A stretch of DNA of 64,000 bases from NCBI GenBank assembly GCA_036172245.1, contig JAYWIR010000022.1:2976001-3040000 (forward strand), written 5' to 3'. Numbering within the stretch: the first letter of the stretch is position 1; every line of letters begins with the position of its first letter. Made by a program: the position numbers and the translations under genes. Positions 52,601 to 64,000 of this stretch are shown piece after piece. The notes beneath the pieces are model-generated. The model ran no database searches and was not told the DNA's origin. It worked only from the letters and a program-made list of their open reading frames with translations. This stretch comes from Raillietiella orientalis. Its lineage: Eukaryota.

Positions 52601-53599
52601 GGAAGGAAGAAAGGCCAAGAGGATGGGACACCACGACGAGGACAACGACAGCTGGATGACGATCTCGATGGTAGTGCTGGTGAGGAAGAGTCCAGGAGAG
52701 CTAGAGTGGAAGGAGCTAGAAAGGAGGAAGAGGAACAGATCGTGGGAGGAAGATGACGAAGACGCGAGCGCGCACATCCGACAGTGAGGAGAGTAGGAGC
52801 GTGGAGGGCTCTCAGCATGGGGCTGTTGACGACAGTAGCACTGCTGTCGGCAAGAGGAATAGTTGGCACAAGGGACCGCGGCAGCGGTAGCCGGGGAGGC
52901 CAGGAGCTCTGCGTCCTCCTGCCCTGGTTCCAGGGCGGCTTACCTTTCCGCGATGATCCTCCCCGTCATCATGAGGACGTTTCCTAGCGCGTCCACGTCG
53001 TACTTCCCGAACTCCTTGCCCTTGGGCTTGGGGAGGCCGAGCTTCCTCTTGGCCTTGAGGAAAGCGTCGCTTACATCATCAGCTGTAATACAAACATCCT
53101 CTCTGTGTATTCTGGAACAGAGACACCGTGCAGTTATCGTCGGTCACCATCCTTTCCACGGCTTGTCCGAAAAAACGAAGAAAGGGAAGGGATGAAGGAA
53201 ATGGACGTCGCAGGTCCCCCTGCCGAGGTGCCCCTTTTGCCTATGACTGAGCTTCTCTAGCAGGCAACCACCCGCAGCGTTCCTTCCTTCCTTCCTTTTC
53301 TTCTCTTCCCACCACCCTGGTACCTACTTGGGGTCCCCGTCCCCTTCCACCACGAGCAGGCACTCGTCGTCCGGCTCGTACTCCCTTGCCAGGAGGGGCA
53401 CTCCTGAACCGGATCCCCTCGCCGCCGCCTCTCGGGAAGCGCCCAGAGGTCCGTACCAGTGCCCACGGGGTTCGCGAGGCTCGTAGCGCCTGCGCGAAGC
53501 CCGCGCGCAGCCGCCGCCGAGCAAGAGGAAGGTGAAGGCGACAACAGCGACACAGGCGGCAGTCCTGCAAAAGAAGGAAAGGAATAGGGAGCTCGACAT
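46682..53599 (-). CDS. Cysu: Animal heme peroxidase, Cysu/chorion peroxidase-like, secreted, ~773 aa
   Basis: 14 frame-consistent GT-AG exons (2322 nt): 53599-53328, 53111-52944, 52540-52323, 52068-51898, 51685-51527, 51466-51242, 49046-48919, 48866-48753, 48696-48564, 48511-48384, 48301-48099, 47985-47816, 47754-47646, 46805-46682. Motifs: [90 protein letters not shown]. The start is uncertain: an acceptor at 53565 suggests a possible upstream first exon. The Cysu orthology comes from recalled motifs. Confidence 0.93.
46850..47600 (-). mobile_element. Penelope-like remnant in the last peroxidase intron
   Basis: HLGNEL..., IQNAYL (cf. NGYP) and WLPYVAGV (cf. LPYVxG linker). It is interrupted by an (AG)n tract at ~47126-47150. 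Confidence 0.45.
49600..50500 (-). mobile_element. Tx1-like ORF1 remnant in the large peroxidase intron
   Basis: [23 protein letters not shown] (zinc-knuckle-like) and IRLRNRFDL motifs occur in order, frameshifted. Confidence 0.45.
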
Positions 53600-56500
53600 C
53601 GTGCCGGAAGAAAGGGAGAGCGGGAACCGATCTCCCCCCTCCCCGCCCGCTTCCATGTATCCCCTCTCGTTCCTCCTCAAGCTCGCCATCAGCAGTCGGT
53701 CGGCTGCCGTCTCCTGAGAGAGGCCACATGCACGCCTCTTCGATATGAATACGGCAACGCCCGTGGCAGGCGGTCAAGCCAGCGACACCTCCGCCGTCGG
53801 GTTGCGGAGGAGGGGAAGGAAGGATGAAGTTTTTCGCTTCCTCCCGCTTCTCCAGAATGTCCTCCTCAGCAGGTCTTATGGTCTTATGTGTCCATCCCCT
53901 TGACCTTCACGCGCGTCCACGCCTGCTTTGATAGGTTCGCCATGCATCCCCATCTCGTCCTCCCTTTAAAAATAGGCACATCTTAATGCACCACACTTAG
54001 CCCGCCCCTGTTCAGCACTGCGCCATGTCGTGGCGAGCGACATCGTAACCGCCGTGCCTCCTCTCCCCTCGCAGGGCATAATGGCCCCGCATCAAAGAGT
54101 TGCAGGACTGCTTCAGGTCACGTCCCGTGCCTACTCCAGCCGTCATCCTGCGTCCCCCCTACTCCCTTCTCTCTCCCGAGCGACTGCGTCTTGGCGACGC
54201 GCCTCCACAGCAGCACGGCGTCTCTCGCGCACCCCCGTCAGTCGCAAACTGGCCGGTCGGTGGTGACAGTGCGCGCGCCGCGGTGGAGATAGTCCGAACT
54301 TCTTTTTTTCCGCCTCCTCATTCCTTCGGGCCTCCTCTGCCGCGGAGCGTCCCTTGGGACCGCAGGGTGGCTCCGACCTCGCATCAGGATGTGAGATCCC
54401 ATCAACTCTGCCTCCTCCGGTAGCAGGAAGAGGCTCTGAACGCGCGCTGACATCTACCAAGCCTCCCCACTAACTTCGCCGCCGCACGCGCGTGGACCGG
54501 GAGTCCTTCGAACTTCCCACCAACCCCCCATTCCCCTCTCTTGTGGTACGGAGGCTTATGTTCCCTACTGTTGAAGTCTGAGAGCGACGGGGGTTCACGC
54601 GATGGGAAACGAAAGGGAGCCATTCTGGTGACCCATCGACGACTCCAGTGGGAGTTGGGGAGAGGGCGGGAACGGGGCAAACGCTGCTTGCTTCCCTGCA
54701 GCTCGAGCTGCGTAGGATCCTGGGCAAGGGTCCCAGATAGCCGAAGCTGGGAAATCTGCAGGGAGTGATCGCAGGCTGAACCAACGGGGAAGCGGCTCCA
54801 TGGGTCCACGTGACGTAAGCGAACCTTCCTTGGGCGTCAGTGGAGTCTTCGAAGCTGCCCTTTCTGGCCATCGCTAAGTAAAGGGTGAGGAGGGGGAGCG
54901 AGACTTGAAGAAATGCGTCTCCTGACTGCGTGCCAGGCGAGTAGGGAGGAATGAGGTTACCAAGTTGGGGTTTGCCTACCAAGGGGACTTTCAGGTCGTC
55001 CTTAACACTCGGTCGGCCGAATAACCGGCGAGAGATCTGAAGAGGTCCAGCGGCAGAGGAGGAGCACGGCAATGAGGGTTTCCTGAAGGAACACCTGACG
55101 GCGGCACCTGCCAGCGAGACAGACACGGCTCTTCCCGCCTACGGCATCCTGGCAAATCGTACGGCAGCCAGCCGTGCGACTGTTGGAGGCGACTGCGCCG
55201 GGTAAAGCCGAGTTGCTGCGGCAGTGGTCAGCCCGACCTCATGGCCAAGGAATCAACAGCGAGCTTGGATGTAGTCGTCCGCATTGAGACCTTGGGAGGC
55301 TGCTTCTTGGAGACGTCCGTCCTCTAACCGCGGAAGAACTCATGAGAACGCCGGCTCCTGGTCGTCCAAGGAACGAATGCGTGAGCGAGGAGGAGGAGGT
55401 GCTGCACGGAGAGGATGGGCGTGCCTGCCGCTCCTTCAAGGCAGAGGCCGCGAGCCCCAGCATAGGCTTTCCTCGTACTCTCTCGAGAAGTGCGCCCTCA
55501 GGGGCGTTCCGCGAGGTCGCCTCGGGAAGGCGTGCCCCGAGAACCTTCCCGATCTTGCCGCACCCGAATGACCACACTGTGGAGCGGAGATGACGCGGCC
55601 ACTGTTGAGAGAGTGGAATCGCCCGGTGGCCTGCCGAATCGCCCGGTGGCCACCTTTGGAGGCGCAACCTCGAGGGTCACTAACTTCGGGTAGTTTTCTT
55701 TCCGGAGAGGAGTCCCAGTAGCGAGGATGGGTCTGCCAGGTCCTCTCCGCAGTGGCGGCGGCACCTGCATCGCAGCAAGGCGAGCAGCAGCAGCAGCAGC
55801 GCCTCTTCAGGGAGCTCCCGGAAGGGGAGGAATGGATGGCCCCTGCCTCAGTGAGACAGCGAGGCCGGTAGGACGTGCTCCTCGGACCAGGGGCACATCT
55901 CGGCGAGCGTCTCAAGCGCCTGACCTTTTCCCTTCTTTCCTCGGTGCCTCCTCTGGTGGAGGGAGAAAAGTCTCGGCTGCTCCCCGGGTATGCCGCGAGG
56001 TCAACAGGCCAGGTGGGGTGTAGCCAGCGCCGCCACCTCGCCTTCTGACCCTCCGCTTTCCAGCTGAGCGTCGGCGGACAAGTCCAGAGCAAACCTTGAG
56101 CGACGCGGGGATAGGGTCCAGGGCTGGAGTCGAGGGAGGAATGAGAATTCTGCTGCTGGGTCAATCCTTCCTATGCCTCCAGGTGGGAGAGCGCGTGCTT
56201 GCCCATCCTCTCTTGAGGTTCCGAGGGAGGGCCGGAGGGATCGACTCAACCCTGTGTCGTGGTTGGGAAATCCCAGGGACTGGCTGTCGGTAAGCCGTTG
56301 GTCCGTTTCCCACTCCCACTACCTCTGCTCTTCATGACCTCCGGCCACGAGAGCGGGTGGGCATAGAAAGAGGGAGAAGAATGGGGGTGACGCCTCTGTG
56401 GTCTCCTCATGGAGGGCGCGCTGAGCCCAAGCCAAAGAGAAGACCCGTGAGGCGGGGCTGAAGTCGGAAGACTTCCACCCCTATCGGTTCTGTGGGGGCG

Positions 56501-59500
56501 AGAGGGGCAAACCCCACCCGCGTCTACCGGGAGACGGTAGTCAGGGTGACGTCCGGGCGGAGGCTCAGCCAGCTGGGAGGAGAGTCAAATTCATCTACTC
56601 CTTTCTTCTTCCTTTGGGAGCCAACGGGAGCAGCGAAAAGAGGAGGAGGGAGCCACGGGTTTCTGCGAAGGTTTTGCGCCAACAATAGCCCCTCTGCTCG
56701 TGAGACCGTCACTCCCAGTCCAAGCGGGCCAGGCTCGCACCAACGACGCGGGGTTTCGCAGATGAGTCGGGCGCTCTCAGGTTCTGCTCTGCCCCCCCCC
56801 CTTCTTCTCCCTCAAAGTTTGCCGCTTCCGGGGACTGTCTCTCGTGACGCGGGCCTTCTGCGGACGGGGAAGAGGGTCAGACAGGGGTGGCCTCCTCCTC
56901 CTCCGCCGCTGCCCCCTGCGGCACGGCGACTGCCATCACGACCCAGAGAGCAGCCCTCCCACGCAGACAGCCTCGATGGCACTCGAGAAGGAAGGGGGAG
57001 GGGGGGAGGAAGAGATGCGGGCCGGCGCAGCTTTCAGCGCCTTCTGCTGACCTCGCTCGCCTCCACCCGCTGCCCCCCTCCCCTTGACTCCCTCTCTCGC
57101 GTCCTCTCCGTCACGAAGCGCATGCAGCAGCCCTGTTTTTGTGGCGATGGCAGCGGCGGAGGGCGCAGCGACACCTCGCTTCCCCTGCCTGGCCCTTCGC
57201 CCCGGAGTACCTGGTGCCGGCGGAGGAAGCAAGATGGCGCGCGCGCCCCTGGAAAACATTCCTCAGCAAGGGACTTTACCCCGCCTGCACCCCACCCCTT
57301 CCCTTCCTTCTCGGGGAGCGGGATAGGAGCGGGCCCTTTCCAGCGCCGACCCTGTCCCGGGATCGACGGCCCTCGCTGCCACTGTGGTCGCCACGGCCAT
57401 GCCACCTGGACCAGCGCTGCCGCCGCCGGCCGCTGCCTCTGCGGGGCCGCCGGCCGGCCGGGGTGATGCAACGCAGAGCGGTGCAGCGCCGCCGCGCGCG
57501 CGCTCGCACGCACGTGCGGCGGCCGCCCACTCCCGCCGGCTGCGGAGAAAGTCGCTTTCACCTGCTCCTCGCGGGGCGCTCGTCGTGACGTCGGCTGTCA
57601 GGGCGACCGGAGCCACGGGCGGCACGCGGGTCTCCCCGGATGCATTCCTGGGGAGGGCGGGAGTGCGGACGGCGGAGGGTGACGCAACGAGGCGGAGAGG
57701 CGGGGCACGCTGGCCTCGGGGCCGGCGACGGGGGTGGCTGGGGAGGCAAGTGTGTGACCCTGCTCGCCCCCTTGCGGCCCCCTCTCGCGACCACCGTCTC
57801 GAGAATCCTGGAGGCCACCGTGTCATCTTCCCCCCCCTTTTCCATCCCGACTGACCACGCGCAGGAATGGAAGGGAGGGGGGGTGCTGGAGCACTTGGAA
57901 GTGCGTCTCCTTGCCTCCGCCTCCCGTCGTCACCGCGCTCTCCGGCCGCTCCCGCGGGTCGTGTGTGTGCTCGCGGACCGCAGCGGGCTCCTGACGTGAA
58001 GCGCCCCGAGCAGCCTTCACCCAAAGGGAACAAGTTCGCAGGGACCGTTGGTGGGTGGGCGATGCCCCGGGGCTGCCGGAGGTGATCCTGCCCTGATGGG
58101 AATTGGGAGGGCGGGGCAGGGGGCAGGCCGTTGTGCCAGGCGTTTTGCCAGGTGGCACGCCCACTGCCAGTCCACTGCAATCCCCTCCCGGCAGGAGGCG
58201 CCCCTTTTCCACGGAAACTTTTCTGGGAGCGAAAAGGCGGACGCGGGGAGGTGGAATGGACCTATGACCCTTCCCTTTGACCACTGTCGGAACGATCCTC
58301 CGTCTCCTGAGCCAGCCAAGACGAACTTCCCCTCCCTTACTGGGCCGGACGCGCCCGTCCTTTGGCGACCCGTGAGGCGATCCCAGGAAGCGCGCGGGTA
58401 GCCCGACTTGGGCTCCGCTGCCTCTGTCTCCCTCTTTGCGGGTTCGTCTCCAGGCTCATGCCTCAGCTTCCTCCGCGGACAGCGCCAAAGGGTGCCCCTG
58501 GACGGGTGAGAGTGCTTTCTGGGGACGTGAGGTGCCTTCAGTACCCTGTCCTCCTCATTCCCTCTGGGGCGGTCACTGCCGAAGCGCCTCTGCCTCTGTA
58601 CCTCTGCGGGTCGCCTGCCGCCACCCTCAGGATACTTCCCACCCCTCCCGTCAATGGGAGAGCGCCAAGGAAGGAGGCGATCCTGACGGGTCCTCCCTCT
58701 CCAGCTCTCGCTGCGAGAGGGAGCAGACATGTCGTTCCGGCGCCGCGACGATGCTGGCATCCCTGAGGTCGCTTCCCCTCGAGGGTTTGACCCTGGCTGC
58801 GGCCGCCACGCCGCCGCGTAAGAAGTGTGGCTTTTGAAGGATTCCGCGGGGGTGGGGTGGGGTGACGGAGAGGAAGAGAGAGAAAGAGAGAGAGAGGAGT
58901 GGAACGTTCCCTTCCGTTCAGGGATGCCAAGTCCGCTCCTGTCGCTCGTCACTTAGCCCAGCTCCTTTTCGCGGGGCTCCTAGAGCCCCGTCCAAGCACC
59001 TGCTCGACGAGCCGCAGCTCTCCGGGAGGTTTCGGTGCTCGGTGCATTCCCGGATGGCATCTCGGGCTGGCGCCCTTAGGGGAACCTCACGGACGGACGT
59101 TGCTCCTTTGTCGGACGGAAGCTCCCGTGTTCCTGCGGCTCCCGAGGAAAGCGCTCGGACGTGAACCCGGAGCAAATAAAAACCCGAAATTAGTAGAAAG
59201 GGTTCAACGCACACCGGATAAAGCTCTCCGGATCAGGAGCACCCGCGCCCGTGACCCAAATAGGCGCAATTTTTGCGCTGGAGACCGCGGATGTTCCCTT
59301 CCGGTTGTTCGCCGTCTCCGCAGCAGATCTTGACCAGTTTCTCCTTTTGCTCGTTGCGGGCGTAGCGAGGGCCGCGAGGTCGCGCTCAGAGGAATCGCTT
59401 TCCCCGAACGAGGAGCTGGGACTCTCAGGGAAGCACCTTTTGCGGGAGCTTCGAAGACTCCTGGCAGGAGCAGCAGCGCTCGCACTGGCCTTTCTGCTCC

Positions 59501-59563
59501 CTTCGGCTAATCGTCCGTTTTTTCATGAGCTGCAATTCCCCTCCCCCTCCTCCCTCCACGCAG

Positions 59564-59823
59564 GCTTGTGCGCGTTTCCGGCTCGCCCGCTGAAGGAAAC
59601 GGAGCAAGTGCGCTCGCAGGAGTCTGCCGTGCTGGGGGAGGACGAGAAAGAATGGGAGCGACCCTCGGAAGCGTCCCCTCAGAGGGGCGACCGGAGGTGC
59701 CGACGCGATGCCGAGCGGGAGCGATCGCTCAACAATGCCATGAGTATCCAGAGCAACCGACGCGACGCTAAGCGACCGCGCTCTCTCAACAATGCCGCGA
59801 GCATCCAGGGCAACCGACGCTAA
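59564..59823 (+). CDS. Candidate terminal exon of a small secreted peptide-precursor-like gene
   Basis: Pyrimidine tract plus CAG acceptor at 59563. The open frame runs to TAA 59823 and ends in a 19-aa repeat whose two copies differ mostly synonymously. An in-frame hydrophobic stretch lies upstream (LLAGAAALALAFLLPS). The start codon was not located. Confidence 0.5.
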
Positions 59824-62257
59824 CGGAGCGCATCATGCACCCTCTGCGGTTCTGAGGGGGGTAAGGGGCGGTGGCCATGTTTTCCCTCTCTGGCTTTGCT
59901 CTTGCCCAACGTCCGTGTTTCGCACATGCAAGGCGAGCAAATTGATAAGTACGGCGAGAGAAATGAAAGTGGAAAATGAGGAAGAAATCACAGAGTACCA
60001 CTTTTCATCTTCCGACGTTGCTCAAACGGCGTCGCGCACAGCGATTGATTGATGCATACGCTTTGTCACACGTGTTTCGTACAGGCAATGATGGAAGACC
60101 TCTGCGCAGGGCGGAGGGGGAGAGGGGGGAGGACAGACTTAGGGAACATGACGGATGGGCAGGAGCTCGTCCTCCCGACGAAAGTATTGCCGCGATTTGG
60201 TAAAGCAGAGCCACGTGAGTGCCACGAGCACAGGCTCGCTCACGTGTGTGTGTGTGTTTTCCCTGTTGCGTAACTGCTCTGGACACGAGCGTGTGCAATT
60301 CCAGAAGCGCGTCTCTGCGTGTTAGGTAACGTCAAATCACATTGCTCTCCCATGCCCGTATGAGTTTCCGCTAATTAAAATATTACTTTCTACCTATTAG
60401 AACATGGCACCCGCCTATTATAGCATTACCTCTGCTTTCCAAAATATCCTGCCCGCCTGTCATGAATACTTTCAACTGTCAGCGAAAAGGCCAAGCAGAG
60501 ATGGCATCTGGCTGACCGCCGATCTCCCCCCCCTCCCATCCTTCTTCCCTAAACGCTGTGCTGGCCCGTCCGTCGCCGCAGTCATCCCGGTCAGGTTCCG
60601 GCAACCAGCTTTCTTTTTTCCGGCAAAGCAGGAGACCAGCTTTCGTGTAACCCGGTGTAATCGGCCGGGGGACGGCTCCAGACCCGATTGCCCGGACTCT
60701 GCGCTCGGCCAGCACCTCCGGCTGCGACCGGTCGCCTTGCAATGACGGGAAATCCGCTGGCAAACGCGACGACCAATCACGACAGAATCAAACGGATGCC
60801 AATATTAATTACAATAATGACAAGAAAAAATTTCAGATTAATGTGCATTTTTTGCCAAAACGTAGCCTGCCTTTGCTTTGTTCCGAACGCAAACTGTCTT
60901 CTCCGCCGCAGGTGTTGAACTGCTTCTTTCTTTTCTTTTTTCAATTTTTGTTTTTGTTTTTTCCAAGCGCAGAACTTGATGTCTTGCTGCGGGCATGAGC
61001 TCTGCAATCGCCACCTTCCTCCTCGCCCGTTTACTACTCGCAGCAAGCGGTTTCTGAATGAACCCGTAGTAAATTTTTCCCGCTCTCAAAACGATGCGAA
61101 TGATAAACATGGAGCAGGTTGGAGCCAAGCAACATCTTGATTGAGTTCATTCCACGAATGTTGTTGTGTAGAATGTATCTGTTCTCATCGAGTTTTTTTC
61201 TCCCCCCCCCCCCCTCGAAGACTGGAAATTTCAAGAATGCACGGACATTCGGATCTCCAAACGTGAAGTTAAATAAAGTCCTCCCCCACTTTTCATAATG
61301 CAGTTTTCAATTCCAAGAGGAGACGTGACTTCAGATACAAAACATCTTTTCGAAGAGCTGCAGAGAACGGACTGCATCCCGCATCAGCATCCTGTTTTTG
61401 CTTTTGTTTTTTTTTTTTTGAAAAAAAAAAGAAATCTGAACCATGTGCGTGTACAATAAATCGCATCCGATTCCGTATGATAACCTAAGAACATCATAAA
61501 TTACTTCCATTCGCACTTCGGAGCAGTGTTGCCTAATAATGACCGCAAAAGTATTTTCTGATGCCCGCGTCCACGGCAACCATGCGACTCGGGCAAGCAG
61601 CAGCATTGCCCCCCCCCCCCCCCGAGTCGTCGAAAATTTCCAGGGCGACCGCCGAAATTTCTCGGGCCGAACGAATGACGTAACAATGCGAGCGCTGCTT
61701 GATCGATACGGATTTCCCCGCGCTCTCGTCGCCCGGACCGGGACCGGGCACACACCTCGGCACACACGCGCACGTCGCGTGTGTGCCGAGCCTTTTCTTT
61801 TCTTTTTTTTTCTTTGCAGACGCACCGTTGCGGCCAGAGCACAGTTTTGCAAAAATCGAGTGCATGGATCCCCTTGATTTGCAATTCGCCGAGACTCTCG
61901 GAAATGCAATAAAGATCGTAACCTTTTCTTCTCACCTTTGAATTCGATTTTCCTTCGGAATTTTCGTGGGAAGAAAAAGAAAGCTGCGTGCAACAGCAAC
62001 TTCCCTTCATCATTCAGATTCGCCATTTCGTGTGCATCCAGCAAAATAAGAATCAAGGAGTCAGGATCGGAGGGGGGGGGGGACAAGTGAAAAATGCGAT
62101 CACAACTTCGGAAGTGAAAGCAGTACACACATACATGTGCTCACGTATGGTTGCAACTGTGTTCGGATTTATATACACGCACGCATGTTGCTGCCCATAA
62201 TGCGGCCGTCCAGTTAAATTCCCCAGAGAAGTCATGCCTACCATCCAGTTTCACTGT

Positions 62258-62291
<34 letters not shown>

Positions 62292-62879
62292 TCATCAGTA
62301 AAATTGAGGGAAAAATTAATTTTTTTTCTGCCTTGAATCTTGATCTGGCAACGAAGAAGGATTCCACTACAGAATTGTTTCCTAGGAATTACTCACCTTG
62401 CAACACAAGCACGTGGGTCGAAAGCGCACAGGTCGCATTAGTGTACTGGCGCGACACAGCTGCACACGTGTGTGTGCATCACACGCGCGGGAAAATCACA
62501 CCTGGACTTGCGTTCGTGTGCGCGCGTGCGTGCGTTCGCGCGCATAGTGCGTTGCCCCCCACCCCCCTGCACTTTGGCACATTTCGCATGCGGAAAAACG
62601 TGTTAGGAAGAATCTGCGCATGAATCAGTGAAATTCCTGCTTCAATCCTGCAAGTTTCCCGAGTTCCAAGCGCGGAAGACGGAATGCCGCGTTCGCATCT
62701 GTAGAAAAATATGGCTAATCCTTACTGTTTCGCGAGGAGCACGAATCTTCACAAACCAACTCGAACCATGAAGAAGAAAGAAGGCTCTCTTCCCCTCGTT
62801 AGGCACGTGGGCGACCACTCTCTGAAAAACGGGACCCCCCTCCCCGCCGCGGCACACAATCTTAGCTCACTCCGATGAT

Positions 62880-63470
62880 TTCTTGGAATCCGTGGATATC
62901 CTGGCAGCGGAGGTGACATCACACAAAAAACGAGCCATTGTAGGCACCTTATTGCCGGTCATCTTCGATTACTGCGTCACTTCCCGGCCTCTCCAGGGAA
63001 TCCGATTGCGGTTGAGGGATGTTCCGGTGTCGGAATTCGAGTCAAAAGTTTTGCGGGCCCGGAGTCAAGGGTGGCTTGTCCGTAGTTTCCGGAAAGACTC
63101 CCTTCCCTCTTGGGTGGTAACTCCGCCGCGCGGTCGATCCGGAGCGGTGGTCGGAGCTTCCCCCCCTTCCTCCCCCTCCCCCACCCATCCACCTGCCTCC
63201 CCGCCTCGTTTGTGCAGCCGAAAGCGCTTCCTGCGTGTTCCCCCTTTCGAACACGGGTGGAACGAAAGGAAAGAGCGCGTTTCGTCCGGCCGAATCGAGG
63301 AAAGTTCCGGAGTCTCCTCTTGGAAACGGGAAAGCGCGTCCGACCACGGAGAGTGCGCCCACTGCATTTTCCGTGGGTAGCGGCCCCGAGGCGTTCCTTC
63401 ATCGGGTGTCACCTACGCGGGTGGCGAGAACACGCCGACGGCCTCTCTACCTCATCTGCCAGCCCTGATT
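62880..63470 (+). mobile_element. Possible Tx1-like ORF1 remnant
   Basis: IRLRLRDVPVSEFESKVLRARSQGWLVRSFRKDSLPSW resembles the Tx1 ORF1 RRM-like segment; GC-rich island. Confidence 0.3.
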
Positions 63471-64000
63471 TCCGAGACACTTTTCGCATCTGTACCACTA
63501 GAGACGAAGGTCAGTTCACGTGGTGGCAGAGCGTGTTTTTTTTTTTTTTGTTGTTGTTGTTTTTTTTTCTCTCTCGTCTGTCTATCTGCCTTTCTGCCCA
63601 GCACTTAAGGGAGCGCTCCCGAAGCGCCCGTGCATCCGGAGGTCCGAGTGGCACGCATACGGTGGCAAACTTTGCACCCGCGTCCGCGCCGCAGGTTTCG
63701 AAAAAAAAAAAAAAATCCTCCTGTGCATGCACCGGAACACCACGGACTCATTTTCGCCACGGCAGCCGAGCATCGGTCGTCTCTGGGCAGACCGCCCTTC
63801 GTTTTTTTCCTTCCCCTGCCCCACTGTTCGACTCATCTTCCTGCCCGCAATCCTCGTCACAACAGGATGCAGAGGGCTCCCTCCAGCGGACAGTGTTCCC
63901 TTCCCTAACCCTCCCAATTTCTCGTACACATTTTCCCTTGTTTTCACTTTTAATTTTGTTTGCCCCCTTCCCCGCCTCCGCTGCCGAGGCGAACCTCGCC

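Noticed and set aside
55617..55652. Short tandem duplication gaatcgcccggtggcc x2, considered as CRISPR-like
   Set aside because: Only two copies with a 4-nt spacer in a eukaryotic context; an ordinary slippage duplication.
54000..59200. Many long GC-rich ORFs on both strands
   Set aside because: Only vague Tx1 ORF1-like hints. Probably decayed retroelements, but not resolvable by eye.
62390..62445. Strong minus-strand donor (AAG|GTGAGT) as a candidate first exon of the peroxidase
   Set aside because: The nearby ATG gives phase 0 while the 53565 acceptor needs phase 2, and it is 9 kb away with no other support.

Overview
This is eukaryotic, intron-containing DNA from an arthropod-like invertebrate; there is no prokaryotic operon, rRNA, tRNA or CRISPR signal. 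Three conserved spliced genes can be modelled: the 5' two exons of proline dehydrogenase (PRODH/slgA, minus, the rest probably off the left edge), an ER alpha-1,2-mannosidase (MAN1B1, GH47, plus, with 37-55 nt introns) and a 14-exon Cysu/chorion-peroxidase-like heme peroxidase (minus, ~773 aa). Two candidate genes have no family I recognise. One is a 4-exon secreted Ser/Ala/Pro-rich protein (38419-39472) bracketed by a ~180-bp direct repeat. The other is a putative peptide-precursor exon ending in a 57-bp in-frame repeat with mostly synonymous differences and dibasic sites (59564-59823). Most other DNA looks like decayed non-LTR retrotransposons (L1/Tx1-like ORF1, APE, RT and zf-RVT pieces, and Penelope-like pieces), including a perfect 145-bp inverted duplication. 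There is also a sharply bounded AT-rich island that starts with a hairpin. All calls come from reading motifs by eye; no searches were run.
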